DNA of 64,000 nucleotides from IMG/VR virus record IMGVR_UViG_2799112477_000001; one strand, 5' to 3'. The translations under genes were made by a program, and so were the position numbers. The notes beneath the pieces were generated by a model. It was given only the letters and a program-made list of their open reading frames with translations. It had not been told where the DNA came from and ran no database searches. Positions 59,900 to 64,000 of the stretch are shown here, piece by piece. Within the stretch, counting starts at the first letter, position 1. Each line of letters begins with the position of its first letter. Origin of the DNA: an uncultured virus (IMG/VR IMGVR_UViG_2799112477_000001) (taxonomy: Duplodnaviria; Heunggongvirae; Uroviricota; Caudoviricetes).

Positions 59900-62800
59900 C
59901 TACCTCCCCCCTGCTGCTATCCTTGCCGCTTCTTTGAATACCGCATCTGCCAGAACTGACATTATCGCATTGTACTTGGACTCATCCTCAAACAGCGATT
60001 CATAAGTTTCCTGTGCTTCTACATAGCTGTTCTGAGCAGCCTCTCCGAATGCCTTCGGAAATATGCTCTGTCCAAAGATCTGCCTGTCTGAAGTGCTTGC
60101 AATCTTCATCAGCTTATCGTCAGCAGTGAATATAGGATACAGATTCGAAATGAGCACTTTATCGCCCTCTGTAAGCTGTCCGGCAAACTTCTCGTTGATT
60201 TTCTCGATTACTTCATCAAGGGGCTTCAGCGGGTCAAGGCCCATCGCGCTCTTGCTCTGAGGCGGCTCATATACACCCTTGCCATCCTCCAAAGATATTG
60301 AACCTTCGAAGGTCTTGTTGAGTTTGTAGTATTCAAGCTTGAGCTTGTTCTCGATATCTACCATCTTGACAGTCTCGACTGGGAGAAGCTTCAGAAGGTA
60401 CGAGCAGAATACATATTCCTTATGAAGGTCCGCATCAAACATCCTGACTACCTGAGAAATGTATCCGTACCACCTTATAAGGCTCCTCAGCTGTCTTCTG
60501 AACTGATACCTGTCATCCGGATCCAGGGTATTATATCTGTCTGCCACTGGCTTAAGGATACTCGTCATCTTGCCCATAGACCTGTCATCCTGTTTGCCAG
60601 GCTTGTAGTATTCATCAGCGAACTTCTCTATATCCGTATCATCATAAACCTTGAAATTTCGGAGTTCTCTCTGAGTCTGATAGATCAGGTCAGCATTGAC
60701 TTCCTGCTCAAGATATGTTTCCTGATAAAACGGGTTGAACGCTTCAGTGATATCATCTGCCGTATTGATGAAATCAATTATAAGCGTATCATTCTTACCT
60801 GGACAGGTTCTGTTAAGCCTTGACAGAGTCTGTACAGCCTTTACGCCCTTGAGCTTCTTGTCCACGATCATCGTATGGAGGTAAGGCTCATCGAAGCCGG
60901 TCTGGAACTTTTCTGCTACGATAAGCATTCCGAAGTTATCATGGAACTCTTCCTTTGTCTGAGATTCGGAGATGGCAGAACCGTCTCTGCGTTTGTTCAG
61001 CTTCGACTCTGTGTATTCATCACCGTTCTCCGGGACAGACCCTGAGAATGCAACAAGAACATCTACATCATCATAGCCATTCTTCTCGATATAATCCTTC
61101 ACTGCGAAGTAATACTTTACAGCTGCAGGCCTCGAAGATGTAACGACCATCATCTTGCCCTTGCCGCCTATCTTGTGCCTTGTGACTTCTCTGAACGTTT
61201 CTACGATGATCGGTGTCTTCTGGCTGATATTATACGGATGCAGCTCCTCAAATTTTCTGATGACCTTTGCTGCCTTACTCGAAGGCACATCCGGGTTGTC
61301 TCTTGTAGTATTGGCTATCTTGAAGCAGGTATCGTAAGTCATGTAGTTCTGAAGGACATCAAGAATGAAGCCTTCTTCAATTGCCTGCTTCATGCTGTAA
61401 ATGTGGAATGGATGATATGATCCGTCAGGATACTCAGTTCCGAACATCTCAAGAGTCTTGTCCTTCGGTGTAGCCGTGAAGGCGAAGAATGACAGATTCT
61501 TATGCTTTCCGTGTGAGATGAGTTCCTGAATCAGTTTATTATCTGGATCGAACTTCTCTTCCTCGATTGCCTCATATTCCGCATATTCTCTCAGCGCTTC
61601 CTCTGTATCAGCAAGTGCCGTCTTGAGTTTCATAGCTGCGGAACCGGTCTGTGAAGAATGTGCTTCGTCTACAATGACAGCATAATTTTTGCCATCGGCT
61701 TTATCTACTTCCTGATAGATGACTGGAAACTTCTGAAGCGTTGTAACGATGATCCTCTTTCCATCATTAATAGCGTTTTTGAGATCCTGTGAGGACTTAC
61801 CCTCACCGATGGTCTCTACAGAGCCTATGGTGTGGTCAAAGCATGAAATAGTATTCTGCAGCTGTGCATCGAGGACAGTTCTGTCAGTTACTACAATTAC
61901 ACTCTTGAATATTGCATTATCGTCGATGTCGTGAAGTGACGCTAATCTGTAAGCGGTCCATGCTATGGAGTTCGACTTGCCCGAGCCTGCACTGTGCTGG
62001 ATAAGGTAGTTATGCCCTGCTCCGTTAGCAGAAACGTCTGCGATGAGCTTTCTCACGCAGTCAAGCTGATGGAACCTCGGAAAAATGAGGTTCTGCTTCT
62101 TCACGACCTTCTCGTTGCCGTGTTTATCTACGGTTTTGTCTGTCTTCACTTCAAGGTGTATGAACTTTTTGATGACGTCCATCATACTGTCTTTAGTAAA
62201 GACGTTCTCCCAAAGATACGCTGTAGGATATCCGTTTGGATTCGGAGGGTTGCCCGCTCCGCCGTCGTTACCGGCTCCGTTTGAGCCCTGATTGAACGGC
62301 AGGAAGTATGTGTCACCCTTAGCAAGTTTAGTTGTCATCCAAACTTCGGTCTGATCGACTGCAAAGTATCCGAGTATCCTCTTATTGAACTGGAAACATA
62401 TCTCGGAAGGATCTCTGTCATACATCCACTGTCTTTTGCTGTTCTCTACATCCTGTCCTGTGTACTGGTTCTTCAGTTCGAATGCGAATACCGGAATGCC
62501 ATTTACAGCAAGCATCATGTCCACAGAGTTATTATTGACTGCTGAATAACGCCACTGTCTCACCACGTTTATGACATTGGCATCATACAGCTTCTGTGCG
62601 GTCCTGTTTAAGCGCGATTCAGGCTTGAAATAGCAGACATGGAAAGTTATACCTCTGTGCTTGAAACCATGTCTCAGAACGGAAATAAGGCCATCTCTGT
62701 CGCTTGCATTATTGAAGGCGATACAGAACTTCTTTTCCGGATCGATCTTGTTCTGCATGACAAATCTTGCCCACTCCTTTGGCTGCGTAGCCTTGATGAA

Positions 62801-62935
62801 GTCGGTCAGTGTCTGCTTATACACTCCTAGCTTTGGATCATAGACGTCAGAAGTATTTGTATAACCGCCGTAATGCAGAAGTGATGACTCTATATCCTGC
62901 TCAAAGCGCTTCTCATTAGTCTGGTCTATTGCCAT
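59900..62935 (-). CDS. hsdR: Type I restriction enzyme R subunit
   Basis: D......NGIP....ELKN nuclease motif, [24 protein letters not shown] and QTLSRLNR. Confidence 0.95.
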   Translation of the reverse strand: MAIDQTNEKRFEQDIESSLLHYGGYTNTSDVYDPKLGVYKQTLTDFIKATQPKEWARFVMQNKIDPEKKFCIAFNNASDRDGLISVLRHGFKHRGITFHVCYFKPESRLNRTAQKLYDANVINVVRQWRYSAVNNNSVDMMLAVNGIPVFAFELKNQYTGQDVENSKRQWMYDRDPSEICFQFNKRILGYFAVDQTEVWMTTKLAKGDTYFLPFNQGSNGAGNDGGAGNPPNPNGYPTAYLWENVFTKDSMMDVIKKFIHLEVKTDKTVDKHGNEKVVKKQNLIFPRFHQLDCVRKLIADVSANGAGHNYLIQHSAGSGKSNSIAWTAYRLASLHDIDDNAIFKSVIVVTDRTVLDAQLQNTISCFDHTIGSVETIGEGKSSQDLKNAINDGKRIIVTTLQKFPVIYQEVDKADGKNYAVIVDEAHSSQTGSAAMKLKTALADTEEALREYAEYEAIEEEKFDPDNKLIQELISHGKHKNLSFFAFTATPKDKTLEMFGTEYPDGSYHPFHIYSMKQAIEEGFILDVLQNYMTYDTCFKIANTTRDNPDVPSSKAAKVIRKFEELHPYNISQKTPIIVETFREVTRHKIGGKGKMMVVTSSRPAAVKYYFAVKDYIEKNGYDDVDVLVAFSGSVPENGDEYTESKLNKRRDGSAISESQTKEEFHDNFGMLIVAEKFQTGFDEPYLHTMIVDKKLKGVKAVQTLSRLNRTCPGKNDTLIIDFINTADDITEAFNPFYQETYLEQEVNADLIYQTQRELRNFKVYDDTDIEKFADEYYKPGKQDDRSMGKMTSILKPVADRYNTLDPDDRYQFRRQLRSLIRWYGYISQVVRMFDADLHKEYVFCSYLLKLLPVETVKMVDIENKLKLEYYKLNKTFEGSISLEDGKGVYEPPQSKSAMGLDPLKPLDEVIEKINEKFAGQLTEGDKVLISNLYPIFTADDKLMKIASTSDRQIFGQSIFPKAFGEAAQNSYVEAQETYESLFEDESKYNAIMSVLADAVFKEAARIAAGGR

Positions 62936-64000
62936 CAGTTACCCTCTTTCTTTTTGTTATCTCTTGCACTGTATACGAAATCACTACGATCAAGGCCATA
63001 TCTATCAACCAGTGCGCGTATAATACACATAATAGTTGCCGCAGAGAACCCTGAACTTTCATAGATTTCGGAATCAGCCACCTTCAAATTGCTGCCCCAT
63101 GTCAGCTTGTAGTCATACGAAAACATCACTACACTGGACCATTCAAGAATATTCTCGTTACTTCTTGCCATGCTCTCTATCAGGCTAGGATCAAGCTCAT
63201 AAAGCTTGTCTATGAAGATCCTGAGCATCTCTGCGAAGTTTGATGCCTTGATGCGTTCTCCCATAAATACGAAGTAGTTTGGTGCTTTATAAGTCGCATC
63301 CTCAGGATTTTCGCAGGTGTACTCTTTATATCTAGGATCAGCGAATGATACTACTTTCTCAGGCTTATCATATCTGAACATGTCAAGAATCATCTTTGAC
63401 AGTCTTTCTGCTCTTGCCTCGATCGTATCCTTGTTCCATGCTGTAAGACCTTTGACGTCTTTGTTCAGGATCACTACTTTAGTTCCCTTTTCATCAAGCA
63501 TGTCAAGTTTCTGAAGGAACGGTCTGTCGCCCAGTTCACTGTTATGCCCGGTAAGAGTAAGGTTGCCCAGTGTATGCAGATATGTGTTTCTTACATTTTC
63601 ATAGTCGGTCCCGAGCATATTCTGCCAGTTTGTAGACAGATTCTTATTCTGAGGCATAATGTGCTCGATAGTCAGATTATCTGTAAGTATTTGTTCCTTA
63701 CTCTGATTTTCTATAGATGTGAGCAGGAATCTGCAAAGAGCATATTTGTGATAAAGGTCGTTCTTCTTCAGTGCTTCAAGGAATGTTAGATCTCGAGGCA
63801 TCTCATCTCTGGAAGTCAACTGGGTCAGGAATGAAACTATCGAATCATAGTAATGTTCCTTGTTCTCCGGTACATTGAATACTCTTGTATAGAGTGTCTT
63901 GTACAGTCCTCTTAATGAGTTCGAAGCGATTTCACACATGGTGCGGCGTACACTATATGAAACAAGAAGTCTTAAGGTCTTAACAAGCTCCTTCTCGCTT
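62935..64000 (-). CDS. GmrSD-like (DUF1524 HNH) restriction protein, 5' end outside window
   Basis: TIEHIMPQ...LGNLTL...NSELG; the frame is open to the window edge. Confidence 0.8.
   Translation of the reverse strand, partial: SEKELVKTLRLLVSYSVRRTMCEIASNSLRGLYKTLYTRVFNVPENKEHYYDSIVSFLTQLTSRDEMPRDLTFLEALKKNDLYHKYALCRFLLTSIENQSKEQILTDNLTIEHIMPQNKNLSTNWQNMLGTDYENVRNTYLHTLGNLTLTGHNSELGDRPFLQKLDMLDEKGTKVVILNKDVKGLTAWNKDTIEARAERLSKMILDMFRYDKPEKVVSFADPRYKEYTCENPEDATYKAPNYFVFMGERIKASNFAEMLRIFIDKLYELDPSLIESMARSNENILEWSSVVMFSYDYKLTWGSNLKVADSEIYESSGFSAATIMCIIRALVDRYGLDRSDFVYSARDNKKKEGN

Noticed and set aside
1..64000. Intact prophage
   Set aside because: No terminase, capsid, tail or lysis genes were recognised. 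No relaxase or T4SS genes were seen either, so the element class remains uncertain.

Overview
This 64-kb window looks like part of a large mobile element of a Firmicutes (Bacillota, probably Clostridia) host, such as a conjugative megaplasmid, ICE or phage-plasmid. No chromosomal core genes or virion structural genes are recognisable. Positions 1-12.5 kb are coded on the + strand: topoisomerase III, a leaderless type V-A CRISPR array split by an IS630, and a large STAND-like NTPase with an RxxxxH partner. Almost everything from 12.6 to 64 kb is on the - strand: a tyrosine recombinase, a nucleotidyltransferase, an IscB/omegaRNA element, dozens of small accessory genes sharing one translation-initiation signature, a GNAT toxin-antitoxin pair, a cluster of aberrant tRNA-like elements, a duplicated structured ncRNA candidate, a DNA-entry-type nuclease, a Cas12a, type I R-M hsdR and a GmrSD-like gene. 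The main candidate for an undescribed system is the 1217-aa Cas12a (53882-57535). Its RuvC-I catalytic Asp is replaced by Ser (S832), its pre-crRNA processing residues are intact, and its PAM-contact residues are altered. It has no cas1/cas2/cas4 in the window. It is followed directly by a non-canonical mini-array of Cas12a handles whose loops are expanded into hairpins. These handles share the variant AATCTCTACT with the orphan array about 50 kb away. The inference is an RNA-guided, DNA-binding but non-cutting Cas12a module. All family assignments come from motif recognition by eye; no database searches were run.
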